DNA of 64,000 nucleotides, taken from assembly GCA_963934165.1 (NCBI GenBank), contig CAWVXH010000002.1, positions 38,650 to 102,649 on the forward strand, given 5' to 3'. A model generated the notes under the pieces. The model did no database searches. It was given only the letters and a program-made list of their open reading frames with translations, and was not told where the DNA came from. The position numbers were made by a program, and so were the translations under genes. This document shows, in pieces, positions 1 through 9,560 of the stretch. Position 1 is the stretch's first letter. Each line of letters starts with the position of its first letter. This DNA is from an uncultured Candidatus Poseidoniales archaeon. GTDB taxonomy: Archaea > Thermoplasmatota > Poseidoniia > Poseidoniales > Thalassarchaeaceae.

Positions 1-458
1 GCGACTAAGGTTGTTCGTTGAAATCCACTAGTATTCGAACCATCAACTACAGTTTTTCTCATTACTTGAAGTGATGAGACCGGTTTTGCATCCATCATCG
101 CTGACATCGTCAAAACCGCATTAACCGCATCTTTATCGTGCTCGAGAGGCGGGGCCTCATCGATTTCTATCAATCCTGCATTTGGCGGCTGGACGTAAAC
201 AAATGATCGGTTTCGTCGCGCCTCAAAGCGTGCAGCAATATCGACTCGCCCACCTTCACCTTGCGAGGCGCGGAGTTTTCGATGGGATTGTGTCCATTCT
301 CGTGGAATTTCTTCAAGTCCTTGGTCGTAAAGTTGACTCGGCATTCTAGAATGTAATTTTCCAGTCGCCAACTGTTGATGGATTTCCAACCCACACATGA
401 AACCAAGGCCTTGCGGATTCAAAGAATCCGAAGCAAACACATCACCGACCGGTTCCAT
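1..458 (-). CDS. gatE: Glu-tRNA(Gln) amidotransferase subunit E, 5' part (runs off window start)
   Basis: Not in the ORF track. Manual translation gives MEPVGDVF...CGLEIHQQLATGKL...MRKTVVDGSNTSGFQRTTLV, the GatE/GatB signatures. Confidence 0.93.
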   Translation of the reverse strand, partial: MEPVGDVFASDSLNPQGLGFMCGLEIHQQLATGKLHSRMPSQLYDQGLEEIPREWTQSHRKLRASQGEGGRVDIAARFEARRNRSFVYVQPPNAGLIEIDEAPPLEHDKDAVNAVLTMSAMMDAKPVSSLQVMRKTVVDGSNTSGFQRTTLV

Positions 459-505
459 TCTAATCGAGGTGGCGAGGCTCTCGCTCATATGTTCAACGGC
501 TGAGC

Positions 506-2659
506 CTAGACGAAAGAATACTCATCGTTTCGATTACTGAATAGTTGTCCTGCTGTTCTCATCTTGGAAATTACTTCATCGACTGTGAACTCTGGAATCT
601 TTTTGGCTGCAGCACGATTGTAGATTTCAGTGATCGTTGCAATGTTGTTTTTCTCGGCACAAATATCTCTAATGATTTGCCGAACAACGTTAGTCAAATT
701 TCGACTTTTAGTCGTTGTACCTGAATATTCAGACTCATCTTCGATTCCCGCTTCTTCCCTCCAATGTTTGTAAACCGCGATAGCAACTTGGGCATCTTCG
801 TTGGTGGCAATATTGCGTAAGTACATCTTTGCATGAGCCTCAGTTAATCGAATTAAGGCCTCCAGCGCACGTGCGGTAATCGGGATTACATCTGTTCCTG
901 GATCTTGATCACCACGGCCATAAGACTGGCGTTCCTCGGTATAATAATTCAAAATTGCAGCGGTTGCATCATCATCTAAATTTGGGTGGCAATTCAATTT
1001 TGCATATGCGATATATTTGCGTAAGAAATTAGATGTTAAGTGCTCCTTACCATCGACTCCGGTATCGGTAATCTGTTCAGATTTAGAATCGGCTGGATTC
1101 ATCTCCAAATTTTCTTCAATCATCAATTCGCTGACACCAAGGGTTCGAGTCGCCAAAATATGCCGAGCAATTCTTTCATCGTCCTCTTGCTTGACTTCAT
1201 CTCGCATCATCCAAATAATATCGAATCGAGATGCTAAGGGTGGTGGTAATCCCGTTTCGCTAAATGAGTGAAGAACGCTTGCGTTTACACCTCGTTGAGA
1301 AAATCGACCTGCGGTCGGATTGGCAGCAGCAAGAATAGAACAACGGGTGGGTAATGTTGCAGTAATTCCACCCTTTGCGATGTGGATTTGTTGCTGCTCC
1401 ATCGCAGGAAGAATCGATGATCGATCCTCTTTGTTGATTTTATCGAATTCATCGATTGCAGCTAGACCTCTATCAGATAACGGTAGTATTCCTGCTTCGA
1501 GAGCAAAACGTCCATCGGAAAATGAATCTTTGATGGCGGCAGCGGTAAGACCGGCGCTAGAAACTCCGCCACCCGAAGCTAATTTCCCCCGAGGAGATAA
1601 TTTTGACATATATGATAGAAGTTGAGATTTTGCAACACCAGGGTCTCCCATCAAAAGAATATGAATATCACCACGAGTTCGGGTTTTGTCTGGATTTATC
1701 CGAGCTACCCCTCCAAATAATTGCAAAGCGAGTGAGCGCTTGACGAAGGGCAAAACACCGGTTGGGAAAATCGATGGGGCAATGGAATTTTGCATCAATC
1801 TAAACAGATCATCACGTTGAGAAATTTCACGGATTTGTTCCTCCTCTTCTTTGGTGATTTTTATTTCGGTAAATGGTACAGATTCGTGTTCAGAACTAAC
1901 CAAATGATACATGATATCAAACATTGGAGTCTTTTTGTTTCGGCGATATTCAGAGTGAACAACGGGAATTACGTTAACAATAACCCTCTGACCTGGAAGA
2001 TGTTTGTTTACTAAATTGCCCTCTAACAAAGCAGAGGCGCGACCTGGTTGCGAACCACTTGAAACCTGCTCTGGCAATTCCTGAATCTCAATCCACTGAT
2101 TGTTAACCAGCTTTGAAATATTGTAAATCAATTCAAAACGAGTTGCGCCATTTTTAACCGTCTCGCCACAACCACCTTGATCAGTAGGGGCACACTTCAG
2201 AGGTTCGACCAATTCGCGTTCATTATGTTGTGCGATTTCAACATTATATCCACACGCCTCGCACTGGAAAACTGCAATGTGCATCCTCGGCTTCAAATCA
2301 GAGATTTTGGTAACGATAACTTCTGAACTTCGGAGTTTTTCGATGTCCGCAGCTCCAATATCTCTCAAACTGCGGCGAGAATCGCGCGGTAATTCACCAA
2401 CTCGCAACATCACATCAATATCTTCACCACGCTCACGGCAAATCTCTCGCAACATTTCGGTTCCAGATGCGAGGATTTGACGAGGAAATTGCAAAATGTC
2501 TTCAGCAAATTCAGGATCAAAGCCTTGTAACTCGTGAAATGATACTTCCAAAACAGGTGTATTTGACTGTCGGGAAAGAAGGAGAAGGATATCAGAATCC
2601 TTTGCTTCAGAAAAGAAGGTTTTCCATCTTGCAGAGGAATCGTGTGCTGCCATTGCCAT
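506..2659 (-). CDS. mcm: MCM replicative helicase
   Basis: Zn finger (CEAC...C...C), Walker A GDPGVAKSQLL, Walker B IDEFDK, AAANP, arginine finger SRFD, sensor-2 ITARALE, C-terminal winged helix. Confidence 0.96.
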   Translation of the reverse strand: MAMAAHDSSARWKTFFSEAKDSDILLLLSRQSNTPVLEVSFHELQGFDPEFAEDILQFPRQILASGTEMLREICRERGEDIDVMLRVGELPRDSRRSLRDIGAADIEKLRSSEVIVTKISDLKPRMHIAVFQCEACGYNVEIAQHNERELVEPLKCAPTDQGGCGETVKNGATRFELIYNISKLVNNQWIEIQELPEQVSSGSQPGRASALLEGNLVNKHLPGQRVIVNVIPVVHSEYRRNKKTPMFDIMYHLVSSEHESVPFTEIKITKEEEEQIREISQRDDLFRLMQNSIAPSIFPTGVLPFVKRSLALQLFGGVARINPDKTRTRGDIHILLMGDPGVAKSQLLSYMSKLSPRGKLASGGGVSSAGLTAAAIKDSFSDGRFALEAGILPLSDRGLAAIDEFDKINKEDRSSILPAMEQQQIHIAKGGITATLPTRCSILAAANPTAGRFSQRGVNASVLHSFSETGLPPPLASRFDIIWMMRDEVKQEDDERIARHILATRTLGVSELMIEENLEMNPADSKSEQITDTGVDGKEHLTSNFLRKYIAYAKLNCHPNLDDDATAAILNYYTEERQSYGRGDQDPGTDVIPITARALEALIRLTEAHAKMYLRNIATNEDAQVAIAVYKHWREEAGIEDESEYSGTTTKSRNLTNVVRQIIRDICAEKNNIATITEIYNRAAAKKIPEFTVDEVISKMRTAGQLFSNRNDEYSFV

Positions 2660-2722
2660 GTCTAATCCTCACCGGGCATTTGAGACGGGCGTCCACAGTC
2701 TATAACCAAATGGTTTGGAAAA

Positions 2723-2846
2723 ACCTACCCGTATATTTCCACTGGAGAGTTTTGATACGGGCAGGTAAGCGAATGTGGTGCTGAGGGCTTCCACTGCAAG
2801 AATATAATGATTCAAGCCAAGTCCAAAGGAAATCTACCTTCAGGGG
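2723..2846. promoter_or_regulatory. ORB-like (Orc1/Cdc6 box) elements in the divergent mcm / PPC intergenic region
   Basis: The minus strand of 2736-2747 reads CTCCAGTGGAAA (ORB core), flanked by an 11/12 inverted repeat (2723-2734 / 2755-2766). TTCCACTG recurs at 2789-2796. GTCCAAAGGAAAT...AGGGG occurs at 2821-2846 in the opposite orientation. Confidence 0.5.
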
Positions 2847-2876
2847 AATTAAAATCTAAGGTGCCTATCGCCATTC

Positions 2877-3314
2877 ATGGATTTGCAGCGTGTTGGTGAT
2901 GATGTATTCTTGCGATTAGATCAGGGCGAAGAAATTCATGCTGCAATTCAATCACTCGCTGAACATGGAATTACTACTGCAGCTATTACCAGCGGAATCG
3001 GAAGAGTACGTGATATTGAGTTTGGATTTCTTGATTCGACTGGTATTTACCAAACCGCCATTCATACAGGACCGATGGAATTAATCTCAACTCAAGGTAA
3101 TCTAGCACCATCCTCAGATGGCCCCTTTACACACATTCATTCGATTTTCTCCGATGACAACCATATCGTTCATGGCGGTCATCTAATTACGGCGACAATC
3201 GAAGTTGTCGCCGAGATTCACCTTCGTGTTTTGAATTCTCAAAGTGATGATCCGATGGAGCGGGTCAAAACTGAAAACGACTTCGTGCGTCTATCTTTTT
3301 GTAATTTGAGGTGA
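2877..3314 (+). CDS. PPC/DUF296 domain protein
   Basis: LRLDQGEEI, SGIG, MELISTQGN, FTHIHSIF, VHGGHL metal-binding His motifs. Confidence 0.88.
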   Translation: MDLQRVGDDVFLRLDQGEEIHAAIQSLAEHGITTAAITSGIGRVRDIEFGFLDSTGIYQTAIHTGPMELISTQGNLAPSSDGPFTHIHSIFSDDNHIVHGGHLITATIEVVAEIHLRVLNSQSDDPMERVKTENDFVRLSFCNLR

Positions 3315-3928
3315 AAGTTTTGAAAGTCCTGTGGGCCCATGGCCTAGAAGGAAGAGCAAATGGTTCGAAACCGACTTTTTTGGTTGAACAATATGGTTGG
3401 GAAGTAGTTTCTCCAGAGATGTCAGCAAATGGATGGACAATTTCAGATCAAACAAATATTATTCTTGAGACAATTTCGGCAAACCCTGATTTCGACTTTA
3501 TTATGGGGTCATCATATGGAGCTCTCGCTATCGCTAATGCTGCATCTCAATTGAAAGATACTGATCTAAAATTAGTACTCCTAGCACCAGCATTTGGACT
3601 ATACAAAAACTTCCACGACAATATTGGGAAAGAAGCGGTCGCTGAATGGCAATCTTGTGGTACTCGATCATATTTTCATCATGGATTCGGACATAATGTT
3701 GAATTTGGATGGGATTTTATGGAAAGTGCTGAAAATAATTCTTGGCCGAAATTTTCTCAATCAGCAGTAATCATCCACGGTACAAATGATGACATTGTTC
3801 CATTTTCTTTTTCAAAAAATTATGCTCAAGAAAATGAAAATATTGAATTAATTACTGTCAATGATGGTCATCGACTACTCGAATCATTGCATCAAATCGG
3901 GAGAGCAGCCGAAAAATTACTGAAATAA
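3311..3928 (+). CDS. YqiA/YcfP-like alpha/beta hydrolase (esterase)
   Basis: HGLEG, nucleophile motif GSSYG, LLAPAF, HGTNDDIVP, DGHRL. Confidence 0.85.
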   Translation: MKVLKVLWAHGLEGRANGSKPTFLVEQYGWEVVSPEMSANGWTISDQTNIILETISANPDFDFIMGSSYGALAIANAASQLKDTDLKLVLLAPAFGLYKNFHDNIGKEAVAEWQSCGTRSYFHHGFGHNVEFGWDFMESAENNSWPKFSQSAVIIHGTNDDIVPFSFSKNYAQENENIELITVNDGHRLLESLHQIGRAAEKLLK

Positions 3929-4648
3929 TCAATCTTTAGAGCCTAGGAAATATTCGCCTATTTCTGGATCGTTGAGAATGTGTTGAGCAGCGCTGGTATG
4001 GACAACTTTTCCGCCAGCTAATATGTATCCACGATCTGATCTTGCCAATGAAAGGCGGGCATTCTGCTCAACTATCAATACCGTAATTCCATCTTTTCTC
4101 AAAGAATCTATCCGCTCTATTATTTGTTGTTGATAGAGTGGTGAAAGCGCTGCAGTCGGCTCATCAAGCAACAAAAATTTCGGATTGGAAATCAATGCCC
4201 GAGAAATCGCCAGCATCTGCCTCTCACCACCAGATAGGGATGCTGCCAAATCATAAACTCGATCAGACAAATCTGGAAACATCTCCAATGCGCGCTCAAT
4301 TCTTTCATTGAGAAGTGCAGTTGGTAAATTGTTGCCACCCATCTGGAGATTTTCATGAACTGTGAGCGTAGGGAATACATTGTCCACTTGAGGGACATAG
4401 GCAATCCCACGATTGACTAATTGGTCAGTTCTCCAGCCTGATACGTCTTCGCCGTGATGCTTGACTATTCCTGAATAATGAGTTGCGATTCCGAATATCG
4501 TTTTGATTAGAGTTGATTTACCACATCCATTGGGTCCGATGATAGTAACGAATTCACCTTCTTCGATATAGAGGTCAATATCATACAAAATTTGTACCGA
4601 ACCATAACCACCATTCAGCCCTTTGACATCGAGTATTCGTTTGCTCAT
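3929..4648 (-). CDS. livF: Branched-chain amino acid ABC transporter ATPase (LivF-type)
   Basis: GPNGCGKST, LSGGERQMLA, LLLDEP, VEQNA. Confidence 0.92.
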   Translation of the reverse strand: MSKRILDVKGLNGGYGSVQILYDIDLYIEEGEFVTIIGPNGCGKSTLIKTIFGIATHYSGIVKHHGEDVSGWRTDQLVNRGIAYVPQVDNVFPTLTVHENLQMGGNNLPTALLNERIERALEMFPDLSDRVYDLAASLSGGERQMLAISRALISNPKFLLLDEPTAALSPLYQQQIIERIDSLRKDGITVLIVEQNARLSLARSDRGYILAGGKVVHTSAAQHILNDPEIGEYFLGSKD

Positions 4649-5433
4649 TCACTTTCCTCCTTGACCCCAGGTGCACCCAGATAGGCTTCGATAACCGCAC
4701 GGTTTGATTTTACTTCTTCGGGAGTTCCCATCATCAAAATTTCACCCTCATTCATGACGATGATTCGGTCTACGCCTTGCCTGAGAATGAAATCCATATT
4801 ATGCTCGATGATAAGAATTGAAACCCCAGTCTCTGAAACGATTTTACGTAAATTATTGAAAATTTTCATCGCTAGAGGGCCGGCTACACCAGCTACTGGT
4901 TCATCGAGCAATAGCAATTTTGGATCCCCCATCATCGAGCGACCTATATCGACAAGTTTCGACTGACCACCAGATAATTCATTTGCTAAATTATGAGCCA
5001 TGTGTGGCACTTCGAGCTGATCTAAAGTTGCATATGCCTTTTCGAGTCGCTCACTTTCAGCAGGCCTGCTACCTGGGAATAATAGTGAAAGAAACCGATT
5101 TGGTGCGAATGGGGCTCTAGGAGGAACAAGTAAATTTTCGATAACTGTCATTTCTCGCCAAAGACGAGTGTGCTGGAATGTTCTGGTGAAACCGAGTTTT
5201 TGAATTTCATCCGGGCGCATGTTTGATGCATCAACTCCAAAGATTTCTACTGAGCCATTGGTCTGATTAAGCAAGCCGCTGATACAGTTGAATGTGGTAG
5301 ATTTACCGCATCCATTTGGACCAATCAAACCAATGAATTCACCTTCCTTTACTTCGAATGAAACATCTTTAACTGCGATGATCCCACCAAATTCTTTGCG
5401 TAAATTATCGACACGAAGTACTGTCTTGGACAT
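4645..5433 (-). CDS. livG: Branched-chain amino acid ABC transporter ATPase (LivG-type)
   Basis: FGGIIAV, GPNGCGKST, RTFQ, LSGGQ, LLLDEP, IEHNMDFI, V-x-EAYLG. Confidence 0.92.
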   Translation of the reverse strand: MSKTVLRVDNLRKEFGGIIAVKDVSFEVKEGEFIGLIGPNGCGKSTTFNCISGLLNQTNGSVEIFGVDASNMRPDEIQKLGFTRTFQHTRLWREMTVIENLLVPPRAPFAPNRFLSLLFPGSRPAESERLEKAYATLDQLEVPHMAHNLANELSGGQSKLVDIGRSMMGDPKLLLLDEPVAGVAGPLAMKIFNNLRKIVSETGVSILIIEHNMDFILRQGVDRIIVMNEGEILMMGTPEEVKSNRAVIEAYLGAPGVKEESE

Positions 5434-8400
5434 TAGTTCTCACCTCCCGGATTTGATTCAACACGAGGAGGTCGGTGAGGCACTTCAGGCAGAATTCCCT
5501 TAGCATTGAACTTGAGAGATAATATAATCAAACAACCAACTAGTAAGACTTTCACAAAAGCCATGTCGGCTGAAATTTCACCATAAAGGAATGATTCTGA
5601 AACTGATACTGGTCCGAGAAAAATTCCAGCAAAAGTGAAAGTGAAAGCGATTATCGCCCCATAATCTATAAGTTTCTTAGATCCTAATATGTATCCGATT
5701 ATCAACAAACCAAGTCCAATATTCACTACCTGCCAAGACTCCAAAACCACCCACGATACCAAACTATCAATTTGACCCGCTGTCGTATGCAGAGGAAGGG
5801 TCGATGAGCCTTGGCCAGCAACTAAGACGTTGAATACGAATTGCATCAAAACGATGATGAATGCACCGATGACCATTCCTCGGTTATTGGCAGCACCACC
5901 AATAATGAATGCCCCCCAAACCAAAAATGTCGAACGGGCCGGTGACAAGAAAGAAGGTTGGAAACCAGTCAATTTCCATGCCCATAGGGCCCCGGCAAAG
6001 CCAGCGATTGCTCCACCGAGAGCGAGGCTTGCGGCCTTATGAGTTAGAACATCATGACCATGATGCTGAGAAACAGCCTCGTCTTCACGAATCGAGCGGA
6101 GAATTCTCCCCCATGGTGAGCGCAATAGAACCTCTAGTAACCACCAAACGAAAAGCATTGAAATAATTCCAATAATAGCTAACAACATCATGTAAGGTGC
6201 TGGCTCACCTAATTCGAGAAGATTACCGAAAGTGTCGGCGATACTTTCGATTTCAACGGAATCCCTACATTCATCAGGGCTGAATGGATTGATAATATCA
6301 TCTGCAGTTCCAAGGATTGCATCCGGTCCGACCAGTGGATCTTTCATTGGGGTATTCCAACCACAGAACCACCAACCCTCCATTGGCAGAGCATACCTTG
6401 AAATCCCGATCGATGAACCCCATGAACCCGCCCTGAGTAAGGGCTCACCCATCAATAATACTCGAAGAATTTCACCGAGTGAAATCGTAACTATTGCGAA
6501 ATAATCGATACGCAACCTCGCCGTTGGATAAGCGAGCAACCAACCAAATCCGCCAGCGAGAGCAATACCAACTAAAGTCGCAGGCAATACCGGCCAACCA
6601 TATCCGTGAGAATCGCTAGGTGCGGTTAGAATACCGACGGTAATAGCGCCGATACCTACGAAGAAAATTACACCAAAATTTACCATGCCGGTGATTCCAG
6701 TATGGAAATTAAGAGAGAATGCCATCAGTGCGAAAATTGCTAAAGTGACGAGAACATTTGACACTTGTAATGTTTTTATAAATCTCATATTGTCTTGTTC
6801 AGCGACCGGAAGCCATTCTAAGAAAAGAAGTAAAATAATCAGTACCGAGAAAAACATCATCCAAGAGCCAAAGGGACTTTCTCGGCCAAAAGGTGCCTTT
6901 TTCTGATATATTTCTAAAAGACCCCCCCCCTCTTTATACTTCAGATATGCGAAAACCGCTACCCAAAACATCCCGATAATGAATACTCCTCGACTGAAAA
7001 AGTAAGGGAGTTTGGACAATATTATCAATGAAAATAATACCAATGGAATCATTTTTTGTTTGGTATCTAAGTCACTTGTTCGAGTGGATATCTTGTCAAA
7101 AACGCCTGATTGAATTTCTCTAATTGGTGAGTTTATTTTGCTAAACAATTGAGAGAGGTTTGAAGAATTTGATTTAACCGCTTCGTTAATCTTCATGCTG
7201 AAGATATTTAATTGGACTAAAATAGGCTTCAATGGGTCTTCTTCCTTACCCTGAATGAGAAAAACTCCCTCTACGATAGCTAGTAACCAGAGTAATATTG
7301 GCACCGCTGGCCAAATAATATCGCCGAAAGTAATCAACGATTCAAGCACTCCTAACTCACTCTGCATCAAATTTAACCAGCCTGTATTCAAATCAGAAAG
7401 AGCATTTACCGCCCATTCTTCATGCAAGTTAGGGGCTAAATCTGAAGGAGGATCAGGGATATCAGTCAGATCAAATGGGGCATCATCGAGAATAATCGTG
7501 CCATCCCCTCTACCGGTTAAAAACTCAAGGTTTGTGTCGACGCCTTCATTTATTTCACAGGCATTTGAACAAGAATTCCGTGCAAATGAATGCTCCTTAA
7601 TGAAATTGATAATACGGGAAAAGAACAGAGCTGCTACCGAGAGAATTAACATCGATTCTCCTCGAGCTGATTTTTTCTGATGGAATTGATGTGCACCGAA
7701 AATTCCTAGTGGGGAAAATGCCAGTAGAGCCGAAATTTTCGGATTTGATTTTTTGGTTGATTTTGCTTGCCGTCTCATTCGGTCAACCTTCCATTTCTCA
7801 TAGGCAGAACCAATTCCCTCTGGCATAATCATTAAAATTGCTACTAGGAAAATATAGGGCATTACACCATCTAATGCTGTATAATTTGAACGTTCTAGAG
7901 GCATGCCTACACCAATTAATATCGGTGAAGATAATGCTCTAACAAAGCCGACAATCAAGGAGCCGATTACCGCTCCAGGAATTGAGCCAAGTGTTCCGAG
8001 AACAATTATAGCGAATGAGGGCAGTAAAATTGTGAAAGCTGTTTCAGGAGTAAATCGTAAAGTCATCGCAAAAATTGCGCCACCCATGCCGGAAACGCCC
8101 GCTGAAAGGAATGCGCTCGTTAATTGGATTCTCTCGACATTGATACCGCTGCTTGCAGCCAACTCGGGGTTGTCTGAAACTGCCCGCATCCGACGGCCAA
8201 GTCGTGTTTTTCGAAGTAAAATAATCAAAGTGATAGCTGAAGCAAAAATCAGTATTGGCATGGCCGCTTTGTAATATGCATAACCAGTCGTAGCGTGAGA
8301 CACACAGTCATTAGCAACATCATACATCTCGAACATTGGTTTACTTCCAGTGACAGGGATGTGCTCCATCACAGTTTCACCGGTTGTTGAATCTACAACG

Positions 8401-9302
8401 GCTTGACAATTTCCGGAATTGTAGATTTGGCCTTCATCGAGGCTACGGTTACCGAAGATGAAACGGAATTTTTGAGTTGGTATATCCCAACGAAATGATG
8501 GTGTGCGCCAGTCTGCATCGGGCTCAAATATTTTTCTAGCCGAACCAAACCGCAGGTAAATTATTGCACGAAGAACGAGTGCAACACCCAAGGAACTAAT
8601 CAACATAATTTCTGGTTTGGCCTTAGAATCACGGAATCCTTTGTAGACTAGGCGATCGACAATTATCCCAGCCACTCCTGTCAAGAAAAATGCGAGAACG
8701 ATAGTCCAAAGCAAAACAGACCAAACCAATGTTCCATCAGTAGGTGCATCGTAAAGGGGGAAGAAATAATCACTCCAAACCATCACCATAGCAAGGTACA
8801 TTCCAATCATGAAAAATTCACTTTGAGCAAAATTCCCATAACGCTGAACCTTGTAGGTTAAGGTCAGTCCGACAGCAATCGCCAAATATGTTGAAGACCA
8901 TGTCAAAGTGCCAACTCCAATCGATATTAAATCGAGGGTTATCGTCGCTCCCCTATCCAATCCTATAAGCATAAATTCAATTGTCATTCCAACAATAAAT
9001 AGTAAAAATATCGGTGAAAGAAAAATACCAATTGTTCTAGGTGTACTTCGTTTAACATCATCAAAAAGAATCTTGATGAAAAAGAATCCACCGCCGATGG
9101 ATTCGACGGCTTGAAGCAACCAAACCATATCGTTCGGCATCCTTCCACCGATAACAGAATCAAATCCATTCAAAATACCGAAACCGTACAATAATCCGAG
9201 TGAAGAATCCAGCATAATCGCCATGGCGATGATGAATCTACGCTGTCCACGACTCAATGAATTCCATTGAGCCGATAATTGATTAAGCGCATTCCTAGAC
9301 AT
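5433..9302 (-). CDS. Fused LivH-LivM ABC permease with extra membrane segments and a TM2-like linker
   Basis: LivH half: AVGLTLTY...NFAQ, TRLGRRMRAVSDN, LGSIPGAVIG. LivM half: GITGMVNFG, LRIDYFAIVT, SPWGRILRSIREDE, IGGAANNRG. ATG at 9302 follows a GGAGTGA SD; alternative GTG at 9311. Confidence 0.88.
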   Translation of the reverse strand: MSRNALNQLSAQWNSLSRGQRRFIIAMAIMLDSSLGLLYGFGILNGFDSVIGGRMPNDMVWLLQAVESIGGGFFFIKILFDDVKRSTPRTIGIFLSPIFLLFIVGMTIEFMLIGLDRGATITLDLISIGVGTLTWSSTYLAIAVGLTLTYKVQRYGNFAQSEFFMIGMYLAMVMVWSDYFFPLYDAPTDGTLVWSVLLWTIVLAFFLTGVAGIIVDRLVYKGFRDSKAKPEIMLISSLGVALVLRAIIYLRFGSARKIFEPDADWRTPSFRWDIPTQKFRFIFGNRSLDEGQIYNSGNCQAVVDSTTGETVMEHIPVTGSKPMFEMYDVANDCVSHATTGYAYYKAAMPILIFASAITLIILLRKTRLGRRMRAVSDNPELAASSGINVERIQLTSAFLSAGVSGMGGAIFAMTLRFTPETAFTILLPSFAIIVLGTLGSIPGAVIGSLIVGFVRALSSPILIGVGMPLERSNYTALDGVMPYIFLVAILMIMPEGIGSAYEKWKVDRMRRQAKSTKKSNPKISALLAFSPLGIFGAHQFHQKKSARGESMLILSVAALFFSRIINFIKEHSFARNSCSNACEINEGVDTNLEFLTGRGDGTIILDDAPFDLTDIPDPPSDLAPNLHEEWAVNALSDLNTGWLNLMQSELGVLESLITFGDIIWPAVPILLWLLAIVEGVFLIQGKEEDPLKPILVQLNIFSMKINEAVKSNSSNLSQLFSKINSPIREIQSGVFDKISTRTSDLDTKQKMIPLVLFSLIILSKLPYFFSRGVFIIGMFWVAVFAYLKYKEGGGLLEIYQKKAPFGRESPFGSWMMFFSVLIILLLFLEWLPVAEQDNMRFIKTLQVSNVLVTLAIFALMAFSLNFHTGITGMVNFGVIFFVGIGAITVGILTAPSDSHGYGWPVLPATLVGIALAGGFGWLLAYPTARLRIDYFAIVTISLGEILRVLLMGEPLLRAGSWGSSIGISRYALPMEGWWFCGWNTPMKDPLVGPDAILGTADDIINPFSPDECRDSVEIESIADTFGNLLELGEPAPYMMLLAIIGIISMLFVWWLLEVLLRSPWGRILRSIREDEAVSQHHGHDVLTHKAASLALGGAIAGFAGALWAWKLTGFQPSFLSPARSTFLVWGAFIIGGAANNRGMVIGAFIIVLMQFVFNVLVAGQGSSTLPLHTTAGQIDSLVSWVVLESWQVVNIGLGLLIIGYILGSKKLIDYGAIIAFTFTFAGIFLGPVSVSESFLYGEISADMAFVKVLLVGCLIILSLKFNAKGILPEVPHRPPRVESNPGGEN

Positions 9303-9485
9303 GTTAGTCACTCCTAGTTCAAACGCAACAATATCCAGTAATGATTGTTGGGGAACTTGTTTATCAATTTCAGATTGAAATTTGATAGTGGTTTTGAGAT
9401 TGTCTTTCTTTCACTTCCAAATTTTCCTCATAGAGCCCTTTGGAATACATCGATTATCTCAATTTTTCAAGCAATTAGAGGGGGG

Positions 9486-9516
9486 GCGCCACGGCGGGAG
9501 AATCCCACCGTGGCGC
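9486..9516 (-). terminator. Intercistronic GC-rich stem-loop after the binding-protein gene (terminator or mRNA stabiliser)
   Basis: Minus strand GCGCCACGG-T-GGGA-TTC-TCCC-G-CCGTGGCGC forms a 14-bp stem. Its one non-Watson-Crick pair is U.G only on the transcribed strand. Confidence 0.65.
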
Positions 9517-9560
9517 TTTACGTCCCATTACTCGATCAGGTTAGTTTCCTAATTTACTAA

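Noticed and set aside
170..406. 78-aa minus-strand ORF
   Set aside because: Out-of-frame shadow of gatE, which occupies 1-458 on the same strand.
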